Assembly (NCBI GenBank): GCA_051362555.1
Contig: CM120646.1
Location: 18,290,001-18,354,000 of the forward strand
Direction of reading: 5' to 3'
DNA length: 64,000 nt
DNA from: Lingula anatina
Taxonomy: Eukaryota > Animalia > Brachiopoda
In this document: positions 12,277 through 27,257 of the stretch, one piece after another
Layout of the letters: each line of letters starts with the position of its first letter
How positions within the stretch are numbered: the stretch's first letter is position 1
Made by a program: the position numbers and the translations under genes
The notes under the pieces: model-generated
What the model was told of the DNA's origin: nothing
Databases searched by the model: none
What the model saw: the letters and a program-made list of their open reading frames with translations, nothing else

Positions 12277-14446
12277 CTGCAAAATCAAAAGAAAGGAAGA
12301 ATCTGTAATTTCAGTCTTTTTTGTTTGTTTTTTTTTTCTCTCTCTCTTTAATTCATACAAAATGGAGACAAAAACACTATGCTATACAACAGACATTTCT
12401 GGCAGAGTTTGGGAGGGATTTCCTGTACAACTGAAGAGAGAGGAAGAACCTCACATGATCCGGGCGAATATTTTCTCATCTTTCTTCTGGCACGCCTTCA
12501 GTTTCAAAGTAAAATGGAATGGACCCACTGCCATTTCCATTAATGTAAAAGGAAACAGCATAGCCATGCAGATACTACAGGTTAATTTCCAGTAATCTTA
12601 ATATATCTCACGGTGTATGATGTGATCAGAAAGGATGTTCTATTATGACAGGAAAGGAATATCCTTTTTGTCATCTGGGTGGTCTATGGAAGTGCTTCAC
12701 ATTTGGCATGGCTGTCATTAGAGTATCAAGATTCATGACAGTTTGATAATCTATGGTGCATTGTCCAACAAACTGTGTGATGTTTTTGTGCTACTAAATG
12801 ACGTGCAGTATTTCAGAAATAACAAACATCACTGCAAAATGTCATGACAGCTGGATACAAATAATACGACAAGCCTTCCTTGTCACAAAAGTGACATCAA
12901 CATTTTACAATGAAAATTGTTACAAATGGTACCAGCTCTTCCTGATATTAATCACACCTCACTACAATACTGACACAATGTATCAGGGACAAAGTGGAAC
13001 AATGAGACACTGTATCTTAATAAAGCATCTATAAGGAAAATGACACTATGTGACCTCCCACATTGGAACAATGAAACAATGTATCTATGATGACGCTTCC
13101 TCCTTCTGTACCAGCTCTCATGCTTACTCATCCCTCCCCCTTTCAATGTTAGATAACACCACAAATTATGAAATATCATATTTCTAAGGAAGGAACAGTT
13201 TCATTGTGGATCAGACCACAGTAGTTAAGCTTCAATTCTTGGGTGGGCGTGTGTGTGTGTGGGGGGTGGGGGGAGGGTATGTTTGTGTGTATGTGCATGC
13301 CCATGCAGTGAGAGGGGGAGGAGAGGACTGTGATTGGGAGGGGGTAAGAAATTAAGATATGTCGTCGATATCAAGAAGTGGGAAAGGGGGACAATTGCAA
13401 TCTTCCGAATCAATATGGACATCCCTCCCTGTGCTAGCTCTACCAGAATCCACACACACACAACTTCCATACGATGGTATCTGGGGACATGCTAGTCTAT
13501 TAAACTAATGATGTTGGATTGTGATGATATGGAAAACTGCATGGACTATCATACTGACACACAGTGTATGCTGTAAACAAAATATTTCCAATAAGGTGCT
13601 GCCATGGCAACAGTTACAATATTAGCATTTTCATTCTTATTACTTACTGCTATAGAATAGTTCTCATAAAATTCATGTTTTTGAATGGGAAAGTCACTGC
13701 ATAAGGCATTTTGTTTTTGCCATCATTATTGTATGTTTGATAATGCAGATGTCTTAAAACAGTGAGCTTTGAAAGTTTGAAAAAAAAAACAGCAGAAATA
13801 GGTATTCAAATTATCAGAGCTTCATAATATATCACTGCATTAGATTAAACAGACAAATATTGAATCAACCATATAACAACACATCTGTTATTCCTCTTCA
13901 CCTGGCAGAGAACAATACTGCCACATATCAGTGAGAAAAATAAAAATAAAATTGCGCAAGATATCCCATCATAGCTATTGCCAACCTCTTCATATTTGTT
14001 TCCGCCTTCAATTAATCTATATCCTGCTCCAAGCAAGATAATCCAACAAAGAACAAGCCATTAGAACCCAGAAAACATCATTACACAAATTTCCTGTGAC
14101 CACATAACACGGACAGTTGAAAGCATAAAGGAGAACATCTGTTTGACCACAATCATAAATGACATTTTTATGAAATGATGAACATTTCGAAGCAGCGTCC
14201 ACAAATCCTATACAAACAAAAGCATATGCCCACAAACCTAGCACCAAGTTACATAGTCGTGGTTACTTAAATTTAATAACTGTTTGCTTTATTTTCAAGC
14301 AAACAAAGCACATGTTTCACAAAGCTATGTATACATGTGCTATCCTGACATGTTACCTGACATGTTAGAGTGGACTATGGGCACTTAACGAATCTGCCGA
14401 GAACATGAATAAACATGAACATGGGCCACTTAGACATGTACATAAT

Positions 14447-14641
14447 CAGACCTGTGGTCAGAAATTTCAAAGTGGCCTGGAGGTCTAGGGATTCTTTTTT
14501 ATGAAAAAAGTAGACCACTTTTCCCATTTAATTGAACCAACTTGCACAAAAGCATAGAACCAAGATCAAATTTTGATTCTGATTGGACCTCTTCTGGCCA
14601 AAAAGGGCAATTCCTTCAACCCCCCTCCCCCATCCCTTGCC
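14447..14641 (+). mobile_element. decayed MITE, family C copy 1
   Basis: Shares TAGAACC-AG-TCAAATTT-GATTC-GA...AAAAAGGGCAATTC..CCCCC with the copy at 27085-27257; starts CAGACCTGTGG. Confidence 0.65.
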
Positions 14642-17600
14642 AAAAAAAACTTATAATTATTAATTCAGAGAATAAAATAAAACAATCTAATTGTCTTAAG
14701 AATGTTACTGTTAATTGTTTATGTTTATTCCTCTAGTTTTTCACTGAGACCAATGTAGCATGCTGCTACTCAGTTAGTCATATGTATTTTTCTTATTCAA
14801 AAGACCCATGCAGCTCCATCTCATTTGCTGTCATTTCAGCTAAAAGCAGTCTGCTAGTGCCGGAGGCAATAGATATTAATTTACATATAGCTCATCTTGT
14901 ATATTGCAGTCACAAAGACGTCTCCTTTAGAAAGAAGCATTTTACATAAATCCTTCTCATATCAAATTTATTAATCAATGGCAGATGATTCTTTCAAGTT
15001 TAATAATAATATTGAAAAGAGCAGAGGTACATTATTCAACCTCTGCATTCTAAAAAAAATCCTTTTTATATCACATCCTTAAGCCAATGACAAGTAATTC
15101 TATTAAGAACAATCCTTGAATGAAGCAGAATACAATTTCATTTAGACTCCCAGTAATCCCACAAGCTCAGAATAATAAAGCATTTGTCTACCACAGAATT
15201 ATTACCGCAAACTGACAAGAAAAAGAAGTATTAGTCAGCCTATAATAGGTAAATTTATTGGTGGTCTAATTAAGACTTTTGTCAGACTGCCCTATTAAGC
15301 ACAATCACAGTACAGAAAATGAGCCGATTATTTCTATAATGGATATTGAAAATCCTGATTTCCGTGGCCATTGTTTCATCATGTAGTAAACCTAGAGGTG
15401 AATATTTGACTGATTCAGCCCAGCCTAATTAAGAATCAATAAATCTCTGAGAACCCCAGAAGCTTGGTCAATTTGTCATAAAACCAAAGCAATATTTGCT
15501 TTACCAATTATGTAACGAGCACACAATGTGACGGAAGCTCGTAAAAATCCATTCTCATCCTATATGGTGTTCCCTTCCTTCAACAAAATTGGATAATGGT
15601 TAGCATTATTCATCACAGAGACTAGGAGTGTATCTATGATCACCCTGAACATGGATTCATATGACAGCATGAGAATCCTTGCAACTGTCATTTAAAGCTG
15701 GTTCATTTTGACTGAACTGACAAGAAATAATAGAACCCTATCCTTTGCTTCAATACACAAATAGTATAAGTTGACATTGTACATATATACAATGGACCTT
15801 AGCACACACAAGACTAACCTAAACTGAGAAGGGGACTTAACTGACTCATTTGAAGCCACTAGATGACTAGATTCTGTGCCAATCAATTTAGCAGTCTCAA
15901 AATTATAAGCATTTCATCTTACAAAAATGTGTACATAAAATTAAATCTAAAAACAACAAGAATCAATTCTAAAAACATGAAGAATGTGTTAAACATCACA
16001 ACATATTGCAGCACTAAGCACATTAATCTACTCCATTGAACATTTGAACTGTCTGGTGGCATCGTGTGCTAAAGCTAGTCCAATACCTGTTTAATTTAGA
16101 ACAGTATTTGAACACACCCAATCGAGGTAACCCAGTGCCCCAATGCGGAAGGTATCCCATGGGATGGCCTGTCAACAGCTGGCTCACTGCCTAGAGGTGT
16201 AGTATAGATGTCTGGGTATAAATACACTCACTGAGTCAGTACATATGGCAATTAAAACAATCTCTCTATCATCCACAATATCGCCATGATAACTGCCATT
16301 TACATTAACATTATTTGGTCGGTTACCGGATATACTGGAATATTGATATAAATCAGTGTGGTTCAAATGCAAAATTTGAAAAATTAATTCTTTTTGTTGA
16401 CAGATAATATTATTTTTCTTCTGTCTAGTTCATCTTTATGTATATAACAAATAAAAGACATGGATTGCTCATACTGTGAACAAATCAATTATTTCATAGC
16501 ATACCCAGATTTATGGTGCAACATTTATTTGATATTCATAAAATTATCAGATTGTCTCAGTCTTTATCCCATCCAGTCTCACCCCCTTTAAGCATTTATA
16601 ACCATTCCATTGCCTTATTTTACTATCATTCTCAAAACTGAAGCAAGTCAGTTTATAAGTCATAAAACTGTTCAGAAACTCTATGAATCAGCCACTGAAC
16701 CAAGTAATCAAATGTAACATCAATTCATTTTAGAGATGCCATAATCTTAACAAACTCTTCATAACTAGGACCTCCCATTCAATGAAGTGCTATTACCTCC
16801 TTCTTTGATCCCCCTTATATCTCTAACTGAAGAGGTTATACACACAAAGCCTTATAACACTTAGACATATCTTAATTAAATTGTCATCAATTTAAGATTA
16901 GGTATCATATCTGGAGCCTGGGTGCCCAAACAATGTCTTTGAGATAGCAGTACCGTCTTCTTGTGAACATGTACTAGGCAAATATTAGCCTGCTTCCCAA
17001 AAATGGGGGGAGGGGTGGGTGGGAGAGAGCAGGGGGGGGGGGGGGCTCAGAAACTGCATTGTATTATTACAACATATCCTTGTGCTCGAAATGCCATTTG
17101 AATCTTCATGATGTTTTTTTTTTTGTTTTTGTTTTTTTTTTTTTTTAAGTTTTAGTTGTCCCTTTTTGTCTCAATGGTTGGCAAATGAAACTATATATAT
17201 TCATACATACCAGTATCACATTGATACGATGATGAGTACAAGGGTATAAGACAGTTATATAAAAGTTCAATTGTCTGTTAGCTAGGAAACATTGGCATTC
17301 AGAGGTAACTGAAGACCGAGTTTATACCCCATCTGCAATTCCATATCTTGAAAAGGTTTTAAAACACTGCAAATGATACATACACTCTATTTGACAATTC
17401 AGATCTTTCTGCAGTTGTTTGATACCAAATAATTTAATGCCTCTAAGCAAAAACCATTGAATGCATTGTATAGAAGGAGTAAGTTCTCATGATTTTTAAG
17501 AGTTCAACTTCTTTTAAGGTGCCATCATGAGAACCACAAAATGTCTAGAATACTGAACGTCATTAAAAGAACCTATATAATATTCTCATGCTTTCTGAGG

Positions 17601-19091
17601 GTCAGTGATAAGTCATCGAGGGAATGAAGTGAGGACATGTGTACACTGCTGCCAAAACATGCCTCGGACTGTGGTTGCTATCCAGGGTCGTAGGCAAATG
17701 TCATGTGACCTTGGCACAAGTACGAGACTGGAGGGCTGGGACATAACCGCCAGTTATATGCTCCTTTGCTAGGATTGCTCATACCCTGTGGTTTCTACTG
17801 ATTTATCCCAACTGCTTTAGGGCCTTTGGGGGGGGGGGGGGATAAACAGATCTTATGCAAATTGACAGAAAGATAGAAAAATAAAATGAATCCATTAAAA
17901 TTTCATTAGATTTGCCTGAATTTCTCATTCAATTTGAATGGCAGTTTGTCAGAGGTTTAAAACATTTTGATGTTGTGCTTCTCACAGCAGACGGTGAGCC
18001 AGACTGTTCAAACCACTCACTTTGGCAAATAACTTTTTACTCCAACTTAAGTGGCTGGGTTTCCTTTATAAAATGTTCTGACTTTAAGGAAAAGGTCAAA
18101 TACTTCCTATGGGCATTACACAGATTGTGATAGACTGGGCAAACAGATTGAATCCCGTAACTTTGCTTTTAAATATAGCCTAGACTGAAGGACAAAAATT
18201 CATTTTCTCCTATGTGAAAAAGGAAGTATGAGCATACAGATCTAATGTTCTAGAACAATTTTCAGAATCTGATTGCTAATTTAAGCACCCTACATGCACA
18301 CGACCTTACCTATTAGCCTCAGTTTACATAAGGATATGATTCAAGAAGTTGAAATTCATCACCGAAATCTAAAAATGTTATTGAAAATGAAACCCCAACT
18401 TGAAGAAGAAAGCCTCAACTGATCTTTGACCAACACTCACACCCACAGTCACAAATTAACTTCTTTAACAAAAATATAGCTTGTTCTCAATACACATTTT
18501 TGCTAGGATTAAATTTCTAAGTACTTTTCAAGTTTATGTGAGGGGCCACACCTTTACTTAATGCTATTGCCCACCCAACTACTCAAGTGTTGGATCGATC
18601 AAGCAATCACACACAGGGCGGTCATTGTATAAATGTTCAAGTATTTGGCAAATAAAAAAATCCCCTTTTTTACTAAGCTCGTGTATGCACATGCTTCATG
18701 CCATCAGAACGTGTAGGGTTCTGCAAAGCTAAAATGAAATATTCAATAGAAATATTTTTTGTTATTCATTTTTTTTCTTTTTGAAAATATTGATTGCTCA
18801 GTGTTACCAATCATGAACAGAAATACATGTATACATAACTAAAAACTGCTTATCTAACATTAATTTTTCATTAAATCATTTACTGCTTTGGATTATATCA
18901 GATACAATAACTCTTTAGGAAAATGTGATTATTTCGAGGTTCTGAGCTGACTGGGAATCTCCCCTCCTATGGTTTGTTTTTCCATTCATGATTACAGCGT
19001 GTTGTAGCTAGTTTGTAGACAGCTAGAGCCCCGCTGTTTGTTTGTAAGATCAACCAAAATGTCAGCATTAAATTCCCTAGTCAGGCTTTAG

Positions 19092-19305
19092 CCACATACC
19101 ACCTCCCTTCTTTCTAAGAACTCCTATCACACAGAAACGGAGCATTTAGACAAAAGTTTCCAGACCAATTTCGACATCCCTGCCCCACCTCCCTGCTTTC
19201 TTGGAGTATCGCAAAGAAACAGAACTTTTTAAACAAAAGGTTCCAGTCCAACGCCACATCCCTGCCCCCTAGTAACTCTTATTACAAAGAAAAAGAACAT
19301 TTAGA
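19092..19305 (+). repeat. diverged minisatellite, ~80-bp unit, ~2.5-3 copies
   Basis: AAAAG(T/G)TTCCAG(A/T)CCAA...ACATCCCTGCCCC occurs twice and CA(C/A)AGAAA-NGANC-TTT three times at ~75-85-bp spacing. Confidence 0.7.
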
Positions 19306-22300
19306 TCTAGAACATCTCGTACTATAAACATCCACAATGATATAGGGGCACCATCAAATAATAGGAAACTGTGTGTGTATTTTATCATAAAAATATATAT
19401 CAATTTATTCCCTTAATTTTTCTGAAAAATGCACCGTGCAATTGCATTTTGTCTAAACCAAGCTTAACATTAGGACCTAAATTCATTAAGAAATCACTCC
19501 CTTTTTGTTACAATTTATCATGCTTAAAAAAAAAAAACAACCACACATGCACTACACTGGCATCACCTATGTAACCAACCCAGGATGACAGATACAGATC
19601 ACCACAGCTACAGTGAGAAGACCCATCATAATTCTGGGACAAAATTGCACATTAGGAGTACATGCATCAATCTTTCATATCCACTTAATGAAGATACATC
19701 ATGGAGGTGCTGCTTTATTGATGTACATGCTGTTTTGTCACTTCGCTTGTTTTTTATGTTTTCTTTTTTTTTCAAATCTTGAACCAATGCAAGATGAAAC
19801 ATGTTCTTTATTCATTCCCTTTTTAGTTATCAGTAATTTAAATTAAATTATAATAGGTTGATTCTGGGGAATCAAAGTCTCATAAGGTCTTGGAAACAGA
19901 TTTTTCTATAAACAATTTTTAGACAGTTATACAACTGTTTTGTTATTTTCTCTTTATCAGCAACTGTAGATAAGAATCCATGATGTAAATCTGATGGTTT
20001 TTCTTCTAATGATATAAACAGTCTTGGTAGTTAAAAGAGCCTACTAGCAATTGTCTAACTCAAACAAGTAATTGAGTCATCTGAGTTGGGGCTCTTGGGC
20101 AAAATTGTATAACTATGTAACAACAAGTGCATTTTGTTGCCTTGCTTTGGTGATTACTTTATCGCTATGCAATTCAAAAAGTAATACACAGCAAATCAGA
20201 TGAACAATTACATTTTTTCTGGATAATTGATGTATTGAAAACATTGTACTCCTTTCTTGTTCCTTCACAAAGAAAATGTTTAGGCACATCCATCATTTAG
20301 GGATGTGACGAGCAACAATTGTTTCTGACGTCAAAATAATGACAACTGTAGCTACAAATGATGCATTGCTACTTAACTTTTAATGCAGATGAAATAAGGG
20401 TTGATAAATGTCCGAGGCTTAATAACTTTTTCAGCCTTATTCTCTGAATATTATCTGCAGTAGAAAAACGAGTACATTAGAGATGTGGTGCACACACAGC
20501 AAGGCATGGCAGCAGATTCTGTTGGTTTATCTAGGCTCAATGGAATCTGAGAACCTGAAATTCATGTATCTATATAACAGACAGAAACTGATATCCTTAC
20601 TTCTTGGAGATTTTCCCAGAAAATCCAAAAATATCAAGCAGAAGAAATAGAAATTGTTATCTTTTGGTGATTAATAAAATAAATATAATCTTTTTGTTGT
20701 TGTTGTTGTTTAGTTTTTTAGATGAGCAGCCAAGCTCCATTTTCATGTTATTGTCAGACAGTCCATTAGAATAAATCATTTTATTTGGATATAAGCCAAA
20801 AATGTTTGAAACAAAAGATGCATTAAATGAAAATGAAATACAGACAAGCTTGTGTATATCTATCAAAATTAAACAATATGCTACTATGAGGAATAATGTT
20901 GGAGTCAAATTTTGTTTACAGAGAATAATAGGCTTAGTATGGTATCTTCACCCACTGATTCGCGGCACTTTCTGAAAGTTCATCACGATATATGTATGTA
21001 CCAAATGGCACAAGAAACTCTTTTAACAGATTTGAAATATCTTAAAGCATGAACACAGTGCTAAGATTCCAGCAACCTGCTCATTTTAAAGAACATCTCT
21101 TAGTTCCAGCAAAGTCTACAATGCTTAAGGAAGAGGGGCATATAGTATTAGCCAATTTTTCAGTCTAAATGGTGCAAAACCTAATCAGTTCCATGAATTC
21201 TTTATTGCATTTTCAGAAAGTGTCTTCCAAAGTAGAAAAATTATCTTATCTTTCCAATTACAAATTCTAAACCATCTGGTTGTGTAAAAGTGGCAAGTCA
21301 TTATTCACAAACCAGACAGTCTTAAGATGAATTCTCCAGTTTTCCAAAAACGCATTTCAAGAACAAACAGGAAGAAAATTTCCACTAAAATACCTAACTT
21401 AATCTCGCATACATCTGTCTGCCAGTGCAGAGAGGGAGATAGTTTCAACATGGTCAATCAGCTGATGATTCTTTCCTGCAGGGTCTGAGAAAATGTGTCT
21501 AACACACTGACTGAAAAATTCTGCTTAATGAACAGCTGTGCGAAGGAGAAACTCAGACATCTACCCACTGTCTGGAAACGTTTGAAGTGATATTGTGAGA
21601 GCATTTTCTGTTAATTTTCAACTGGCTGATGCATTAATTGGTACTAGTATCTGCTTTAGTGGCTTTTAACATGCATGAAATAACAAAATATTGTATCTAG
21701 GATCAATTGCTCCCAGAGTGGATTTTTCACTGTTAAAAAATTAATCATTTATGACAATTTAGCTTGATTTTGATGAAATATCTGACACAGAACAACAATT
21801 ATGCTAAGTAAACTGAATATTTTATCACAAAGATGTCACTGCAGCAGTCACTAATAAATATGATACACCCATTCTTCAATACTTATTGCGATCCACTCAC
21901 AGTTCGGTGGGCATGGCACTACTTGAGTGAATTTATTAATAAGTTATGTAGTAAAGTAGTACAATGACAATGTCATAAAATTCACTCATTCTTTTTTTCA
22001 CATTTCAAAGCATCATAACCTGCCAAAAACATTCATACCTAGTGAGCACTATTACTAAGCACTGTCTTTTATCATCATAATAGTGAACTATACTTCTAAC
22101 CACTGCACTGAAAGAAAGGACTTTGTATAAATACCCAGTATCTCACCATCCCTGTCTTTTCGACCAGGCACAGCTGTAATTTACCATTCCAAACTTCCCG
22201 CTGACTTTTATGGCTTCTCCATTCAATCTTGCCTATTGTCACGATGCCATACAAATGGATTCGCAGTCATATATCTAATGGCGCAGCAGCATGTGTTTGC

Positions 22301-23855
22301 AGGGTTCAGTCACAGACTAATGGACACCATTTCCAGGTATTTTCCACCATCTTCCCTGTTTTTCTTTGAATTGCTGGGTGTGATTCAGACAGTGAAACCT
22401 TACAGAAATCAGTTTCTCTTTTTTTCTATATCCAAGTGCAGCTTTCAGGGTTTCATTCTCATATATGATATGTCCTATAGATATAATCAGATCACAGCCT
22501 TTCTTCAACCTTTCTCCCCATCTCGAAATACAAAATATATGGGTTAAAGGGATTAAACGAAGTATGATTTATTGACCCAAAGTAAACATCAATCTTTTGA
22601 CTCACCTCCGCCCCATCCCAACTGACCTTGGTCAGCCTGGATGTCCAGAGGTGACCACTTCCTCAGCTTTGCTCATGGTTATTTGCCAAGAACTCAATAT
22701 TTTTATACTTTCTCTATATATTAACCAAACACAGCTTCTTTATTTATATACCAAACTTGTAGTGGACACATGGTGTAGACATTCTTTAATTGATTCTTCT
22801 CTGCTTTGTTGATATCAATAGTGGCCCAAGGTAAGAATTATTTTTGAGTGTGGTGTTTGACAAAAGTTTTCTGCATTATGAGGAGGGAAATTTGTGTGTG
22901 ACCAATGTTTGGCAAATTAGGGATCCTATACAGTTATGATACAAGCACTGAAGAACAGGTCCCTCTTAAATATAAAATGATCACTTTTTAAATAAGGATG
23001 CACTGTGGTGACTTGACCAGATATCTAGAATTATATCAGAGTGGCATGTGACCATATTATACCATAATTGTGCCAGCAGCAAAATGCCAGTGGTCATCCA
23101 TTGACCACTTAAAATACCACAACCATGTCCAATATCAAACAAACATATCCATTAACTCTTATTGTTGTGAATTTGGGAACCTGCAGCAACTTACAACACC
23201 ACTCATGAAGGCATTTATGCAGACATCAAAAGAACAACATGTTTCATTTACATTGGTCACTTTGCATTAACATTGCAGTCTTGTCACAATAACTTCATCC
23301 CCAGTGGTCAGTTTCAATTAAAACCAATGGCCATAATGGTCCTACGCTAATGGTCATTTCAGCCAGTCATGTCCAAAACAATTGTTGTTTGATGTCAAAA
23401 AGAAGGGTTCTCTTTAAGTGCAGTTGTCAAGTTACAATGTTTCATGATGGGTCCCCATTAAAGATGTTCCACGGTCCATTCATCTTCCTGCTGATAATGT
23501 CCATTAAGTGGCTTGACCACCGGTTTAAGGAACAGCAAAATTATTAACCTGTGGTCCACTCATGGCAGCTTTTTATTGTATCTCCACATGAATGAAAGTC
23601 GTATCGTATCATCCACTGCCTCTGCCAGAGAACCTAGCTCTCTTTGTTCCACTTGGCCAATCTAGATGGAACTATATCCCTGTGCAGTAATGAGGGGGTT
23701 TAATTGCTTCTCATCCTGATTGAATTCTTTTGTGATATCAACGCCACTTTTACAAAAGGAAACATTGTGTCATTTGAGGAAAACTTCAGGAGGGCAATTT
23801 CAGATACAGTAATGATGTTTTTAATTATAATTTTATCTGATTAAATCTCTCTTAC

Positions 23856-23859
<4 letters not shown>

Positions 23860-23906
<47 letters not shown>
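23860..23906. repeat. (CA)n microsatellite followed by poly-A
   Basis: Direct reading. Confidence 0.95.
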
Positions 23907-24728
23907 TCCCAATGGAAAAAAGTACACTTCAAAGTGCACTAGTAGCACAGTAATAACACCTTTGGCCATATCACAGCATTTGCACACAGAAAGCCAACAA
24001 AGCATTCAGCATAGCATTAAAGCACTGAGCAGCTTAATGGAAGTTTCACCTTTTTCTGATATGATAAATAGATGAGCCGCAAGCTATGCTGTGTTTAGCT
24101 TAAGGTATGATACTGCTGGCATCTTATTACCAATCTGTAACCATAATCCTAACATCCTGTGACTTAAGAAGTCAACTAAATCATTAGGATACATTCACCT
24201 ATGCCAGAGTACTTAAATCACTTCCATCTCTAATCAGATTCCACTGTCTGAATAGATTAGTTTGTCATAAACGGTTTGAAATCAATTTTGTTGTATCCGG
24301 AGAAAAAAAGGGACAAATGTTAATAATGTATCCTTATCCCCAAAAAAAGTCATGGTCATCATACATAGCTTATATATTTTGATAAATATTGTTATTATTA
24401 TCTGGTTGAAAAAGTCTCAAAGATCTCCAACATCAACCAACTGAATGCCGAACTCCTGTGCATCATCAGTAACTTGTCTCTTCCTCCACTGACCCATATC
24501 TTAGGTTCTTTAGGTCTTGCTGATAAGCCTCCAAGGAATATATTTATGCTGTACTATGTCTTGAATATTTTCCTCCCATTTCCTCATAAACAATATCCAC
24601 CTTAAACTGCTGTAACACTCCACTCCAACCTTGGGTTTCACTCATCAAGTACAGCGAAGGGTGGGCATCAGTAAATATAAACAATCAAAGATTTCACCAA
24701 GATATGAGAAAAAAAAAACAGGGCTTAC

Positions 24729-24875
24729 CTTGAAAGGGTTAAATCCAATTTGGTGTTGTTATCCTCCTTGCTCTTTCTGTGCTCTGGCGTGAATACAGCT
24801 TACTTATTATTTATCCACACCTCTGAAGTCTCCGTTCGCTCTCACTCGATCTACCTCCTCTGGCAACTGTAAGAC
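24729..24875 (-). other. candidate non-coding exon (147 nt)
   Basis: Minus-strand acceptor ctttgcgtattccag|GTCT and donor TCAAG|gtaagc; purine-rich body; local CpG cluster against a CpG-poor background; stops in all frames. Confidence 0.5.
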
Positions 24876-25217
24876 CTGGAATACGCAAAGCATACTATCC
24901 TCTTAATCTCATTATATTGGGTCAATACCATTCTGAGGTGGGGAGGAAGTCATGCCGAGAGCCTATTAAGCCAGAGTGGGTTATTCCAAGTTTGGAAAGG
25001 GGGGACAGGCTGTTCTTTGGTGTTCCTGGAGGTTTCTTTAATTTTTTTTTTTTTTGATAAAGTGGGAAGAAGCCATGTTTAATTTGTTTTGTTTCATTAC
25101 TTTTTCCTACAAACTGATTATTTAAAGTTTACATTTCTTTGCCAGATGGAGTTTTCATTTCTGAATGCTGATACATGAAAAATTTTGGTAAAATGTGCTC
25201 TAGCTGGCTTGCTCACG

Positions 25218-25264
25218 GTGTGTGTGTGTGTGTGTTTGTGTGTGTGGTGTATTGGTGTATGCAT

Positions 25265-25315
<51 letters not shown>
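25218..25315. repeat. compound (GT)n/(GA)n microsatellite
   Basis: Direct reading. Confidence 0.95.
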
Positions 25316-25319
<4 letters not shown>

Positions 25320-27084
25320 CAGTAATTACAACCTCAAATAAATCAGATAGCCATCTCCAATTATAAACATTAATATTACAATCACAAAAGCAATGTTTTT
25401 ATAACCACAACCTTCCACATACCACAACATCCATTATTAAGCAACTCTATCCAACCAGTCTCTTAATAACTCATTAAGAAGTGTGCTGCTAAGTGCCATC
25501 AATTCCTGACAACAATACCTAAGAGACAGCAGTAAATCTGGGTGACAGGTAGTGCAATTCAACAGGTACAGACTATTACTCCACTAAATCTTTATTGCCT
25601 CAGTCACTTAATGGACAAAACCACAGAGGGTGACACTATCACCTGAGATAGGTGAAAAACAGTCCTCACTCATCAAAATCCCCTCAAATGGCCCTCAATG
25701 AATACAGTAAGTGCCCTGACATCTGTGGTATTATCATATAATTTTATTTATCCACTATCTGTCCCTTAAACTACACAATGGGGCCATGAGACTGGATAAC
25801 CAATTACACCAGACAGCCAGCACCACTACTACTTGTACTTCTTAGGATGGGACATTTCAGTTGTTCACTCCCCTGACAGTTGATGGAGAGATTAAATAAC
25901 ACAATTCTCTCTATAAAAGTGGAGCCAAGACCTTAAGTGCAGGGGAAATAATGCAATCAGTTGTTATATTAAGTTGACTCATCTCGTCTTGATTGTGAAT
26001 AAAGGAAGATTGGAGTGACGGGTATCCAGTGTCACTCACCGTAGGTGGATAGGTTTAATAACTTTTTTCTTTTCTTCTCTGGTCTTTCTCTTTGAATTAA
26101 CTTTTTATCTTCTATTACACCATCCCTGTATTTCTAAAAATAAGCTTTTTTAAAATGCCCTTTTTTAACTTTTACTTCAAATGTGTCAAAATGTTTTGCT
26201 TTCCATTAATATATCTCTTCATTTAGAATGATTTCTTAGTTATTCTAAATGTATTAAATTTCTTTAAATGACAAGTTTTACACTAGAGCAAATCCTCATA
26301 TTCTAAAAATCCTTATACTCTTAAAAAACACTTGAAAGTTTTTACTTGAAAAAAACCCTAAACAGTGATGATTTTTTAATATATAAGAACTCACCAAAAA
26401 CCACTCATGCATTAAAAAAAGTCAGTCAGGAGGCTTTGAGTCAGTCCAGAAATAAAGTCAATTTTTTTTCTCTTTTTATCAATAATGATCACATGATAGG
26501 TACATTAGGTGGTTCAGGTAAAAAGACAAATGCGTTGGTGGTGAGGACAAACCAGTATAATATATTCCATAATGTAAAATGTCCCTCAATCTCTGTCAGA
26601 GTGCAAACCCAGGTTCAAATGGGGCCCCGGTTCAAATGGCAACCAGAGGGGGAGAGAGAGGGGGGGGGTTCAAAACTGATCCCTTTCAGTGAAACTCTGG
26701 TTCCACTCCCATTCCTGTCACAGATCATATTAATAACAAAAGTGTATCTAGCCCTCCAGTCTGAAGAAGTATAAATGTCCAATGGAAACAAATATAGTTT
26801 ACATTGCAAAAACTGTCTCTTTAAAAGTTTATTGAGTTTATTATTATTAGAACATCAACATTCAGAGATATCACACCACAGAACACGTTTTTCTAAGTGG
26901 GAGGTGTGAAAAGGCACAGTAAGTGACGAGGTAAATACTGAAATGACATTACCAAACATCACTGGGTGATAACACAGTTCAACTGTTCAGTCATCACACT
27001 CTGATTGGATGTTATTAAATAGTCTGTTTGGGATTAATATCATATGTGTTTGCTTTGACTAAATCGTAACTTGCTAACATTTGA

Positions 27085-27257
27085 TTTCTGGTTCTGAAAA
27101 AGTGGATTTTTGCATCCCCGTATAGTTGACCCAAAGTGAAATATGGCATATATTAGAACCTAGGTCAAATTTCGATTCAGAGTAGCCATTTCCAGCAAAA
27201 AGGGCAATTCTTTGTACCACCCCCCCCCCCCTTCCCCAACCCCCGTCTACTGGCCTG
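27085..27257 (+). mobile_element. decayed MITE, family C copy 2
   Basis: Aligns by eye to 14505-14641; ends with a C-tract then CTACTGGCCTG, roughly the reverse complement of the AGGCCTGT(A/G)G-like starts of other copies. Confidence 0.65.

Noticed and set aside
17602-17802. CpG-containing segment with weak inverted ends
   Set aside because: Arm similarity too low to call an element by eye
26346-26774. Longest ORF in the track (142 aa)
   Set aside because: Non-ATG start, crosses low-complexity G/A tracts, no recognisable domain or splice context
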